This document shows, in pieces, positions 19,539 to 27,118 of a stretch of 59,508 nt of DNA. Position 1 is the first letter of the stretch. Every line of letters begins with the position of its first letter. Made by a program: the position numbers and the translations under genes. Under the pieces are notes generated by a model. The model did not search any database. It was not told the origin of the DNA and saw nothing but the letters and a program-made list of their open reading frames with translations. The stretch lies in IMG/VR virus record IMGVR_UViG_3300049024_000030, positions 1 to 59,508 of that record. One strand, given 5' to 3'. Origin of the DNA: a virus (Duplodnaviria; Caudoviricetes).

Positions 19539-20186
19539 TTAATCAACAAGCCTGGCCCCTTCATTGATGGCCTTGCTCTTTTCCGCCTCGGTCATCTGAT
19601 CGAAGCTCTCGCGCGTAATCACTCGACCGCCGCCAGCCTTGGCGCCGTTCTTTGCGCCGCTGCCGCCCGTCTGAGAGGCCGCGAAGGCCCAGGGCATTTC
19701 TTCCTTCAAGTAGTACTCGAAAGCCCGCTCGGGCTTTATCGCCGTCTCGTCGCCGTACTTGTCCTTGAAGATCAGCTTGCCTTCATCGTTCTGGTCGAAG
19801 CGGTCTTGAGCGCGAAGCACGGTCATAACGTGCTCCAACCTGTCCGGCATTACGCCGTGCTTAACGGCGAGCTGCTGGACCGGCGCCCAGATCGAGCTTT
19901 CGCGCAACTGCCGTTTGAGGCCCGCGATCTCCTGATCTTTCTGCGCGGCGACCTTCTCTACGTCGGTCTCGGCAGAGCCTTTGACCTTCTCAAGCGTTTT
20001 AACCGTCTCGCTGAGCGTCTTTTGCTTGCCGATCAGTTCCTTGTTTTTTGCGATTAAAGGCTTAGCCTTTAGTTCGTGGTATTTGTCGGGGTCGAATCGA
20101 AACTTGCCGTCCTTCTCGACGTATGCCTCGCGTATTTCTTCCTCGACCGCCTCAAGGTTCTCTATTTCAAATTGGATATCCGCCAT
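19539..20186 (-). CDS. capsid scaffolding protein
   Basis: YVEKDGKFRFD N-terminus, coiled coil, GGSGA linker and ITRESFDQMT..K C-terminal motif. Confidence 0.85.
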   Translation of the reverse strand: MADIQFEIENLEAVEEEIREAYVEKDGKFRFDPDKYHELKAKPLIAKNKELIGKQKTLSETVKTLEKVKGSAETDVEKVAAQKDQEIAGLKRQLRESSIWAPVQQLAVKHGVMPDRLEHVMTVLRAQDRFDQNDEGKLIFKDKYGDETAIKPERAFEYYLKEEMPWAFAASQTGGSGAKNGAKAGGGRVITRESFDQMTEAEKSKAINEGARLVD

Positions 20187-20197
20187 TGATTTCCCCT

Positions 20198-20251
20198 CTG
20201 CTTAGCTTCGGAGTTTCCGGCTTAGCCGGTAAATTGCGGGCTTAGCCCGCG
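20198..20251 (-). promoter_or_regulatory. three GCTAAGC motifs, two in perfect hairpins, in the scaffold 5' UTR
   Basis: Minus strand: GCGGGC-TAA-GCCCGC, CCGGC-TAA-GCCGG, then GCTAAGC adjacent to the RBS. Confidence 0.7.
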
Positions 20252-20260
20252 ACGACTCGA

Positions 20261-20287
20261 ATTATTCCGCAGCGCCAGGATTTATTT
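20261..20287 (-). promoter_or_regulatory. putative late promoter AAATAAA-N14-AATAAT
   Basis: One of five copies of the motif. Confidence 0.7.
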
Positions 20288-20294
20288 TTTGGCG

Positions 20295-21794
20295 CTATTC
20301 TTCAGCGGCCCCGCCGCGATCAAAATTACGGCTTATCGCATCCTGCATTGCGATTTCCGCTTCCCGTTTCAGTTGCGCCTCCGCCTCAAGCGCGACCTTC
20401 TCTTTCTTCGGGTCGAAGTCACTCGGCAACTTGCCGCCCGACTTGAATACTTTCCACATCGTTTCAACCGTGAACTGACCCGCGGCGACCTCATTGCTCC
20501 AGGCGGTCATCTCTTCCGGCGTCAGTTCCTGCGCGTCCAGGCTCGCCCCGACTTCGATATTGCCACCTGTCGTGGCGCCCGGGCTTCGATATTGAACGTG
20601 AAACTTGAGGGCGAGTTCTATGGCGTCTTTCAGGCCGCGCGCCCATGTAGCAAGATCGCTGGATTCTTCAATCTCGTCGCCGCGCTCTTCTGTGGCCGTA
20701 ATCGGCCCACCCGTGCGCTTGACGAGTAGCGAGAGACCGAGGATTGACATTCGCTCCTCAAGATCTTTGATATCCTGGCTCGCGGCTGCCAGCGCCGCGC
20801 CCGTCGTCTCGGCGTACCAGACATCACCTTCGGGAGCCACGTCAAAGATCGTATAAGGCCCAATTGTCGTGATTGGATTATTCGGATCAGCGCCCTTGCG
20901 ACAGAGCACCGGACGTGATGCGATATGCAGATAAATGGAAAAGTCGGAATATTTCTGATAATGAGCAATATTCGTATAGGCCAGATCAATCAGCGGCGGC
21001 TGCGATTCGAGGACATTGCATTTACGCGAGTAGACGATAGCGACCGGAATCTCAGTCAGATTGGTGACCCCGCCCGGATTGTCGGGGTCGGGCACGATCT
21101 GTGTCTGCAGGTTCTCGCCCTTGACCTCTTTGTAAAGCTCCCAACTGCCAGGCTTCAATACTCGATAGCGCGTGACTTCTTTCTCGCCGTACTCGCCGTC
21201 AGGTTCTTTGGAACATTCCTTGAAAACGATCAGATCAAGCATCGTCTGGCCGTTCACGATCTTCGTGCGCCAGTTGATAATTTGATCGGCAGAGTAGGAA
21301 ACCCAATATGGCCGGCGTCCTGCCGTTTTCTCCTCAGCCATCGTCGCGCCCTCTTGGAGCGGCGGAGGCATATCAACGAGGATCGCAGCGTGACCGTCGC
21401 GCACGGCGTTCTTAAAGACCTCTTTGCAAAACACGACGCCATGCGTTCCAGCGTTATCTATATTTTCCCATTCACCTTCAATCTGAACATTTTCACCTTC
21501 CGATTCCCTGCCTCTGATCACCTCCGGAACATTGTCGGAGAGTTCTGGATCGTTGCGGAAAACCATCCCAACCAACCCAGCCAATGTCAGATCGACGGCG
21601 TTAAAGAAAATGGCGCGATTGAGACGGTAAGTGTAGGGACCAGGCTGCTCGGCGGGCTCTTTGGGTAGATATGCCACGCCCTTCCTGCGTAGCTCCGGCG
21701 TCCCGATACAGGTGTCGCGCATGATCTCCCACGAGCCCTTCATGCACTCGTAAGCGCCACATAGGTAATTGGGTTGGTTCTTATCTCCGGCCAC
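20295..21794 (-). CDS. portal protein (DUF4055 / SPP1-like)
   Basis: YLPKEPAE...YTYRLNRAIFFN, PPLIDLAYTNIAHYQ, TATE; follows TerL; probable GTG start at 21794. Confidence 0.92.
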   Translation of the reverse strand: MAGDKNQPNYLCGAYECMKGSWEIMRDTCIGTPELRRKGVAYLPKEPAEQPGPYTYRLNRAIFFNAVDLTLAGLVGMVFRNDPELSDNVPEVIRGRESEGENVQIEGEWENIDNAGTHGVVFCKEVFKNAVRDGHAAILVDMPPPLQEGATMAEEKTAGRRPYWVSYSADQIINWRTKIVNGQTMLDLIVFKECSKEPDGEYGEKEVTRYRVLKPGSWELYKEVKGENLQTQIVPDPDNPGGVTNLTEIPVAIVYSRKCNVLESQPPLIDLAYTNIAHYQKYSDFSIYLHIASRPVLCRKGADPNNPITTIGPYTIFDVAPEGDVWYAETTGAALAAASQDIKDLEERMSILGLSLLVKRTGGPITATEERGDEIEESSDLATWARGLKDAIELALKFHVQYRSPGATTGGNIEVGASLDAQELTPEEMTAWSNEVAAGQFTVETMWKVFKSGGKLPSDFDPKKEKVALEAEAQLKREAEIAMQDAISRNFDRGGAAEE

Positions 21795-21800
21795 GGCGCA

Positions 21801-21827
21801 AGATTGCCGCAAGACTGGAATTTATTT
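21801..21827 (-). promoter_or_regulatory. putative late promoter AAATAAA-N14-CAATCT, leaderless to the portal GTG
   Basis: The -10 element ends 6 nt before the GTG; no SD sequence. Confidence 0.7.
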
Positions 21828-21838
21828 TTTGCGAGGAT

Positions 21839-21888
21839 AAAAAGAGGCGGTCGCGGCGACTAAGCCAGTCACGCCAACCGCGACCGCT
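21839..21888 (-). terminator. intrinsic terminator after terL
   Basis: GCGGTCGCGG/CCGCGACCGC stem followed by a T-tract on the minus strand. Confidence 0.65.
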
Positions 21889-21943
21889 CAACAGGAGGTT
21901 CACCCGTGGAGAGAGTATAGACTTGGCGCTGAGCTTATTTTGA

Positions 21944-23434
21944 TTACCGGAAGAAGTCCCATTGCGCGAATTGGCCGCCCAGCGCCAATTCGTTGAAGGC
22001 GTCGGATGAACTGTCAACCTGATCCGCATACTTTCCGCGTGGGAATTGGCGCAATTCTTCGATAAAAGTTTTACTCCACGGCGCCTTGACGACTTTGACG
22101 TTTCCGATATTGACTTGAGCCGAGAAGGCAAAGGCGCGGGATTCCTTTGAACCTGTGACAGGTTCGACTTTGACCTGAAATCCCGCCAACATCCGCGCCA
22201 ATGAAATACCCTGCTTCTTTCCAGCCTGCCCAGGATCTTGTGGAAGGTGAATTTTCACGCCGGTTCCATCGCGGCGTGCGATTGATAATAACTGCGTCTC
22301 TACGTCGTCACTTGACCACTGTCCGCGCTCAACGTCCACCACGTACCAGACGCCCTTAGAATCCCTCCCAATCAACACGCCCGCCGTAAACGCGCCGCCG
22401 CCTTCGGTGCTCGCCAGGTCCCAGCCCCGGCACAGGCGTAAATCAGGCGGCGCGGCGTCAACCGTTTCGATTTTGGAGACTTTGAAAAACTCGCCTTCTC
22501 TTGCCGTGGGCCGTTGCTGAAACAGCGCGTCGAAGAAATAGTCGGAAATGCGGTTGCGGATTTTGACGAGCTTTTCGATTGGCCTTCGCTCCGGACATAG
22601 AGCCTCGCCGGGTTGTCGCCAATCCGGTTCCACCGTGCAACTTGGCGGAAATTGATCCGGTTGCGCCTCTTCCGCTATCGCCGGCAGGTTGACGATATGC
22701 CAGCGTTCCCGGTCCTCATCGTCTTCGGCTTCGCGCTCCTCGTCGAGAAGCCAGCCGGCGAGGTCTGCTTCGTGCCAGCGTGTCTGAACGACAATCATGG
22801 CGCCGTGCGGGTCGGTGTCGGACCAGGGTTCCTCGCGCGTGTACCACGTCGAATTCCACCAGTCTTGCAGCTTCGCGCGGATCGTTTCCGACGCGGCTTC
22901 TTCGGCGTTTTTTAGCGGATCATCTACCAATCCAAGGTGAAAACCCTTGCCTGTCGCCGGGCCGCCAGCGCCACAGGCCCACAATCCCCCACCCTGCCCG
23001 GTTTCCCATTGTTTGACCGCGCTCGCCTGCTCGCTCACGGCGCCGACAGCGCGGAGGTAGTTTTCGCGGGCGTTGCGGGAAAGGGTGTAGGCCAGATCAG
23101 CGGCGTAACTCGCTAATCCAATCCAGTATTGCGGATGGCGGTAAAGGAAATAGGCGGTAAATAATCGTGAGACAGTTTCGGATTTACCGTGGCGAGGTGG
23201 CGTAAAAATCAATAACCGTTTGATTTCCCCGTCGGCGACGCGCTGAAGGACGGCGATTAAGGCTTCGACGTGTCTATAGAACTTATATTGCGGATTCGCC
23301 TGTTTGATGAATTGGCGGAAGGTCAGCGGCGCGACCTGTTGGCGCTCTTTCTGCCTACGGCGCCGCTCACGTTCAGCCTTCGCCTTCAGAATCAATAATG
23401 GCGTCGAGTTCCTGGTCCGATAGTTTACTGACAT
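21944..23434 (-). CDS. terL: terminase large subunit
   Basis: Walker A PPRHGKS, Walker B LVDDPLK, QTRWHEADLAG, RGWDLAS nuclease motif, FPRGKYADQVD. Confidence 0.95.
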   Translation of the reverse strand: MSVNYRTRNSTPLLILKAKAERERRRRQKERQQVAPLTFRQFIKQANPQYKFYRHVEALIAVLQRVADGEIKRLLIFTPPRHGKSETVSRLFTAYFLYRHPQYWIGLASYAADLAYTLSRNARENYLRAVGAVSEQASAVKQWETGQGGGLWACGAGGPATGKGFHLGLVDDPLKNAEEAASETIRAKLQDWWNSTWYTREEPWSDTDPHGAMIVVQTRWHEADLAGWLLDEEREAEDDEDRERWHIVNLPAIAEEAQPDQFPPSCTVEPDWRQPGEALCPERRPIEKLVKIRNRISDYFFDALFQQRPTAREGEFFKVSKIETVDAAPPDLRLCRGWDLASTEGGGAFTAGVLIGRDSKGVWYVVDVERGQWSSDDVETQLLSIARRDGTGVKIHLPQDPGQAGKKQGISLARMLAGFQVKVEPVTGSKESRAFAFSAQVNIGNVKVVKAPWSKTFIEELRQFPRGKYADQVDSSSDAFNELALGGQFAQWDFFR

Positions 23435-23741
23435 CGATCTTACCGCTGTGCTCAATCTGCCGCTTCTCTACATACCCGCGATCCTTGCCGAGCGTCTTCA
23501 ATGCGAAACAGACCGCCCAACCTTCGCCGGACAATACGGCACGCTTTAACGCAAGTTCGCAGGTGTCAACGAAATGGCCGCGCTCGTCATTGATCGCTTC
23601 TTGAACTGATTGATAGCGTTTGGCGTAGGTGTAAACAGTTGTGGGAGAGCAGTTTAACTCGCGAGCGGCGAGATAGACCATGCCCTGCGTTTTCTTCAGG
23701 GCGTCGATCATATCTTTAGCTGTCCATTTCTCCTTTTTCAT
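23373..23741 (-). CDS. terS: terminase small subunit (HTH)
   Basis: AARELNCSPTTVY HTH, LKTLGKDRGYVEK, C-terminal DVSKLSDQEL; directly upstream of terL. Confidence 0.8.
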   Translation of the reverse strand: MKKEKWTAKDMIDALKKTQGMVYLAARELNCSPTTVYTYAKRYQSVQEAINDERGHFVDTCELALKRAVLSGEGWAVCFALKTLGKDRGYVEKRQIEHSGKIDVSKLSDQELDAIIDSEGEG

Positions 23742-23757
23742 GTGTTCAGTTATCCAG

Positions 23758-25014
23758 TTATTGCCGCTCCAGCAGTTGCGCCTGCTTGCCCGTCTCGGCC
23801 TCCCATCGGGACAAGATCACATTGACATATTTCGGCTCCAGTTCGAGTCCGTAGCACTTGCGCCCTTCGCGCTCAGCCGCAATGAATTGCGACCCGCTCC
23901 CGGCGAACGGCTCATAGACGACATCGCCCGGCTTTGTGTGGTTGCGGATCGGAATCACGAATAATTCGACCGGCTTCTGCGTGGGATGAACTTTGTCATT
24001 TTCCCGGCCCACTTCCCATATTGTTGTCTGATTGCGCTCTCCGTAAAACTCGGGCCTGAAGCCGCGACGCCATCCGTAAAAGCACAATTCATGCCGCCAG
24101 TGATAATCGCCGCGCCCAAACACCAGTGATGGCTTCACCCATATAATTTGCCGATGGATGAGAATATCCGCCGCCGCCGCCGCCGCAAAAAACGTGCCTT
24201 GCGTCAGCATGGGATGCCAGAGATAAAAGGCCGTCCGCTCAAGCAAGTAAGGGACAGCAACACGAATAACAGTTTCGAGAAAGGATTGCAGCCTCTCGCC
24301 GTCCAAATCATCATTCTCAATCTCCGTGTAATCCTCGCCCTGCCCCTTAGATTGCGCATTACTGACATAAGCGATCCCATAGGGCGGGTCGGTATTCATC
24401 AAGGCCGCCCTCTCTCCCGCCATCACCCTTTCCACATCTTCAGCCTTCGTCGAATCCCCGCACAAAACCCGATGCTCGCCGCACGCCCACAAATCCCCAT
24501 ACACCACCCGCGTCTGCGTCTCTTCCGGCGTCGTATCAAAATCGTCGCCGCCTGCGCCCGGCGCGTTGCTTCCCATCGGCGGCACAATCCCCGCATCTTC
24601 CGCCTGCTTCGTGAGCAGGTTCATCAGATCCTCATTCCCGGTCGAAACTTCGCGCAGCAACTCATCCAGCTTCACCCTGCTCTGCTCAGCCTGCCATCCG
24701 ATTGGATCGAACGTGGCGACGGCGAGATCGGCTTCGCTATCCGTCAAATCGTAAATATCAACATCCCATTCCTGATCAGGATCGAGCGATTGGCGGCCGT
24801 GACCGTCGAAGAAGACCAGCGCCCCGCCCGCGCGCTCGCTGCGATACGCCTTCAGATCGTCTAACTTGCCGACGGTTTCCAGCAGCCCCCGCAGCGGCGC
24901 TAATTGGCTTTCCGGATGAATCTTCGGATTCATCGGATGCGGTAATACATCGCCGACGCGCATCCGGACGGTTTCAATCTTCCTATCCTTCCATTGTGAT
25001 TTTGCTTTACTCAC
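23758..25014 (-). CDS. ParB-N domain plus N6/N4 DNA methyltransferase
   Basis: PHPMNPKIH N-terminus; GEHRVLCGDST, TDPPY, HPTQKPV, YEPFAGSGS. Confidence 0.92.
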   Translation of the reverse strand: MSKAKSQWKDRKIETVRMRVGDVLPHPMNPKIHPESQLAPLRGLLETVGKLDDLKAYRSERAGGALVFFDGHGRQSLDPDQEWDVDIYDLTDSEADLAVATFDPIGWQAEQSRVKLDELLREVSTGNEDLMNLLTKQAEDAGIVPPMGSNAPGAGGDDFDTTPEETQTRVVYGDLWACGEHRVLCGDSTKAEDVERVMAGERAALMNTDPPYGIAYVSNAQSKGQGEDYTEIENDDLDGERLQSFLETVIRVAVPYLLERTAFYLWHPMLTQGTFFAAAAAADILIHRQIIWVKPSLVFGRGDYHWRHELCFYGWRRGFRPEFYGERNQTTIWEVGRENDKVHPTQKPVELFVIPIRNHTKPGDVVYEPFAGSGSQFIAAEREGRKCYGLELEPKYVNVILSRWEAETGKQAQLLERQ

Positions 25015-25020
25015 GCGAGA

Positions 25021-25047
25021 ATATTAAAGTCTTTACCTAGTTTATTT
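25021..25047 (-). promoter_or_regulatory. putative late promoter AAATAAA-N14-TAATAT, leaderless to GTG 25014
   Basis: Same motif; the -10 element ends 6 nt before the start codon. Confidence 0.7.
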
Positions 25048-26059
25048 GCACAGGAAACGCGCCCTCACCCGCCATCGCCCGCTTCACCCCAATCTGCACA
25101 TAACTCTCGCCCCAGCGTCCGCCCTGCTGAATTCCCACTAAGTCCTGCAACTTCAAATCGCCGCGCTTCACCGCTTCATACGCTTTGTCGGTTCCCAAAA
25201 TGGCGCGCTGCGTTTCCGCGTCCTGCTTTTCAAACCAGTCAACGCCTTTATCAACCGTAACGCCTTTGACGGCCGGAATTGGACTGCATCGACATCTTAC
25301 GTGACTTCTGAACGGCTCGCTCAATGGGTGAAATGTGCCATCGAGCGCCGTACATGCGGCACATTGGCGCCGCGACCTTGATGATCGCCAATACCAGCCG
25401 CGCACGACCTCAGAATTCGCGCGGTAATTAGCCAAAGAAGCAGCCTTGTATGATCGTAAAATTTCAGTCCGACCGATCGTCAGCGCCCGCGTCATATTCC
25501 CGCCAAGCCCCGCGCGGATTTGTCTGGCAATCTTCGTTGGATTCCACCCTAATGCAATCCCCTCAATCAATCCCTGTTCGACGATCTGGCGCGCGGATGG
25601 CCCGAGTTGATTTAAGAGAGATCGAAGCGGCGATCCGTCGCCTAAGAATCCCACAAGGTTTTCGACGGCGGCGGTTGGAAGTTTGTTGAATGTGACGGAT
25701 ATGTTGGCGGTTTCCACCGCAGCGTCCATTAAGGCAGCAGAGTCTTTCAAGCCGGCTTTCACGGCCTTCTCCTGCCCTTTCGTGATCGTCGTTTCAGCAG
25801 TGTCAGAGAACTTCCGCATTTCGTCGTTCACCTGCCGCAAGAGAATCAAATATCTCTCTTGCCTGATCAGCCAAAACTGATTGACCGCTTCGCCTTTGGC
25901 GCGCGCCGCCGCAATGTCCGCCGTCAATTTATCCAGATTCTTCTTCAGCCGCTTCCACGCCAATCCATAGGCTTCTATCAGGCGTAAGCTGGCCTTGCGC
26001 TCGCGAGCAAAAAGAGCGCGCCTGAATTGATCCGCGATTGTAAGAATGTCGTCCGGCAT
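25037..26059 (-). CDS. minor head protein (Mu gpF / SPP1 gp7-like)
   Basis: RALTIGRTE, C-x2-C..LDG and HVRCRC motifs. Confidence 0.9.
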   Translation of the reverse strand: MPDDILTIADQFRRALFARERKASLRLIEAYGLAWKRLKKNLDKLTADIAAARAKGEAVNQFWLIRQERYLILLRQVNDEMRKFSDTAETTITKGQEKAVKAGLKDSAALMDAAVETANISVTFNKLPTAAVENLVGFLGDGSPLRSLLNQLGPSARQIVEQGLIEGIALGWNPTKIARQIRAGLGGNMTRALTIGRTEILRSYKAASLANYRANSEVVRGWYWRSSRSRRQCAACTALDGTFHPLSEPFRSHVRCRCSPIPAVKGVTVDKGVDWFEKQDAETQRAILGTDKAYEAVKRGDLKLQDLVGIQQGGRWGESYVQIGVKRAMAGEGAFPVQIN

Positions 26060-26064
26060 TTAAC

Positions 26065-26090
26065 AAAAAGGCCCGGCGATTAACCGGGCC
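26065..26090 (-). terminator. intrinsic terminator
   Basis: GGCCCGG-N7-CCGGGCC-TTTTT on the minus strand. Confidence 0.7.
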
Positions 26091-26119
26091 GGAAGTTGGA
26101 GAGTGATGTTCAGCCTAAA

Positions 26120-26413
26120 TCAATCGAACTGGCTTTCAGCAACCTTGAACGCGCCGGGCTTCGCCGCTTTATTCGCGCCGGTCCCTATCCAGTTGTAGGA
26201 CCAGACGCCCTGCAAATCAGGCTGTAAATCCAGCGAGTATTTACCGAGATCGTCACGCACGATCTGACCTGATGTGACAACGTAGGATGTCTGGACGCCA
26301 AGAGGGTTTTTAACCGTCGCCGTCACCGTGGTCGGATCTACGAAATCGCCAGAAGTTTTGTCGGTGAATTCGGCGAAGATTGTAACTACATTGCCTGGAT
26401 CGTATACGTTCAT
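26120..26413 (-). CDS. small Ig-like (BppU-like) virion accessory protein
   Basis: All-beta pattern VDPTTVTATVKNP...GKYSLD...GVWSYNW. Confidence 0.65.
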   Translation of the reverse strand: MNVYDPGNVVTIFAEFTDKTSGDFVDPTTVTATVKNPLGVQTSYVVTSGQIVRDDLGKYSLDLQPDLQGVWSYNWIGTGANKAAKPGAFKVAESQFD

Positions 26414-26416
26414 TCG

Positions 26417-27109
26417 TCAGGAACCAGCCGCAAAAGAGATTTGCTCGTCTCCTTGAAGTGAATCGCTGCCTGCGGTGATTGGAACCGCTGTGAATAAATC
26501 TCTATCCAGCATTACGCCGCCACCCGTCGCTGCCTGATCGAATAATCCGTGTTCGGTGACGTTTATAGTTCCGCCACTGTCAGGCGAAAGCGTTGCCACG
26601 GTTTTATAAATATTCGCCGATGCGCCCTCTTCAGTCGTTCCGGTCGGTCGCACGTCGCCAACATATTGCGTGGTCAGTTCCGTTCCGAGCGCGGTATTAC
26701 CAGCCGCCTCAGCGCCGGCCCCTGTTCCCCAGCCATGGAACTTGAAATTCTCTAACTCTTTAGTGTTCTGGAAAGCGTCGACAATTGCATTGACGCCGGT
26801 GGTGGTAATAACGCGCAGTGAAGCCAGACCTAAATCGACAACCTGTCCGTTGCCGCGAATGATCGTCAGGGAAAGCTGGCCGTAAAAGTGCGGCAGGCCG
26901 AAGAAGCGCGCGATGGCTATTCGCCAGATTCCGCGCCAGAGATTGGGAATATTCCTAAATCGCCACCATGCGACCTCCCTGGAACAGCCGAAATTTGGGA
27001 AGCCGTACTTGACCATTTCCAGAATAGATAATTCCCGACCGCTCGGGACCCGCTGACGTTTGATTTTCCTCAATTTCAGCGTGCCGCCTATGCCTACTGC
27101 GTTTGCCAT
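26417..27109 (-). CDS. virion accessory / fibre-base protein
   Basis: VITTTG, HGWGTG...NTALGTE, VTEHGLF...MLDRDLF motifs typical of phage fibre-collar-like proteins. Confidence 0.65.
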   Translation of the reverse strand: MANAVGIGGTLKLRKIKRQRVPSGRELSILEMVKYGFPNFGCSREVAWWRFRNIPNLWRGIWRIAIARFFGLPHFYGQLSLTIIRGNGQVVDLGLASLRVITTTGVNAIVDAFQNTKELENFKFHGWGTGAGAEAAGNTALGTELTTQYVGDVRPTGTTEEGASANIYKTVATLSPDSGGTINVTEHGLFDQAATGGGVMLDRDLFTAVPITAGSDSLQGDEQISFAAGS

Positions 27110-27118
27110 TTTCGACTC

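Noticed and set aside
24168-24187. (GCC)n tract encoding AAAAAA in the MTase as a contingency locus
   Set aside because: It is an in-frame triplet repeat in an otherwise intact enzyme, with no phase-switching consequence.
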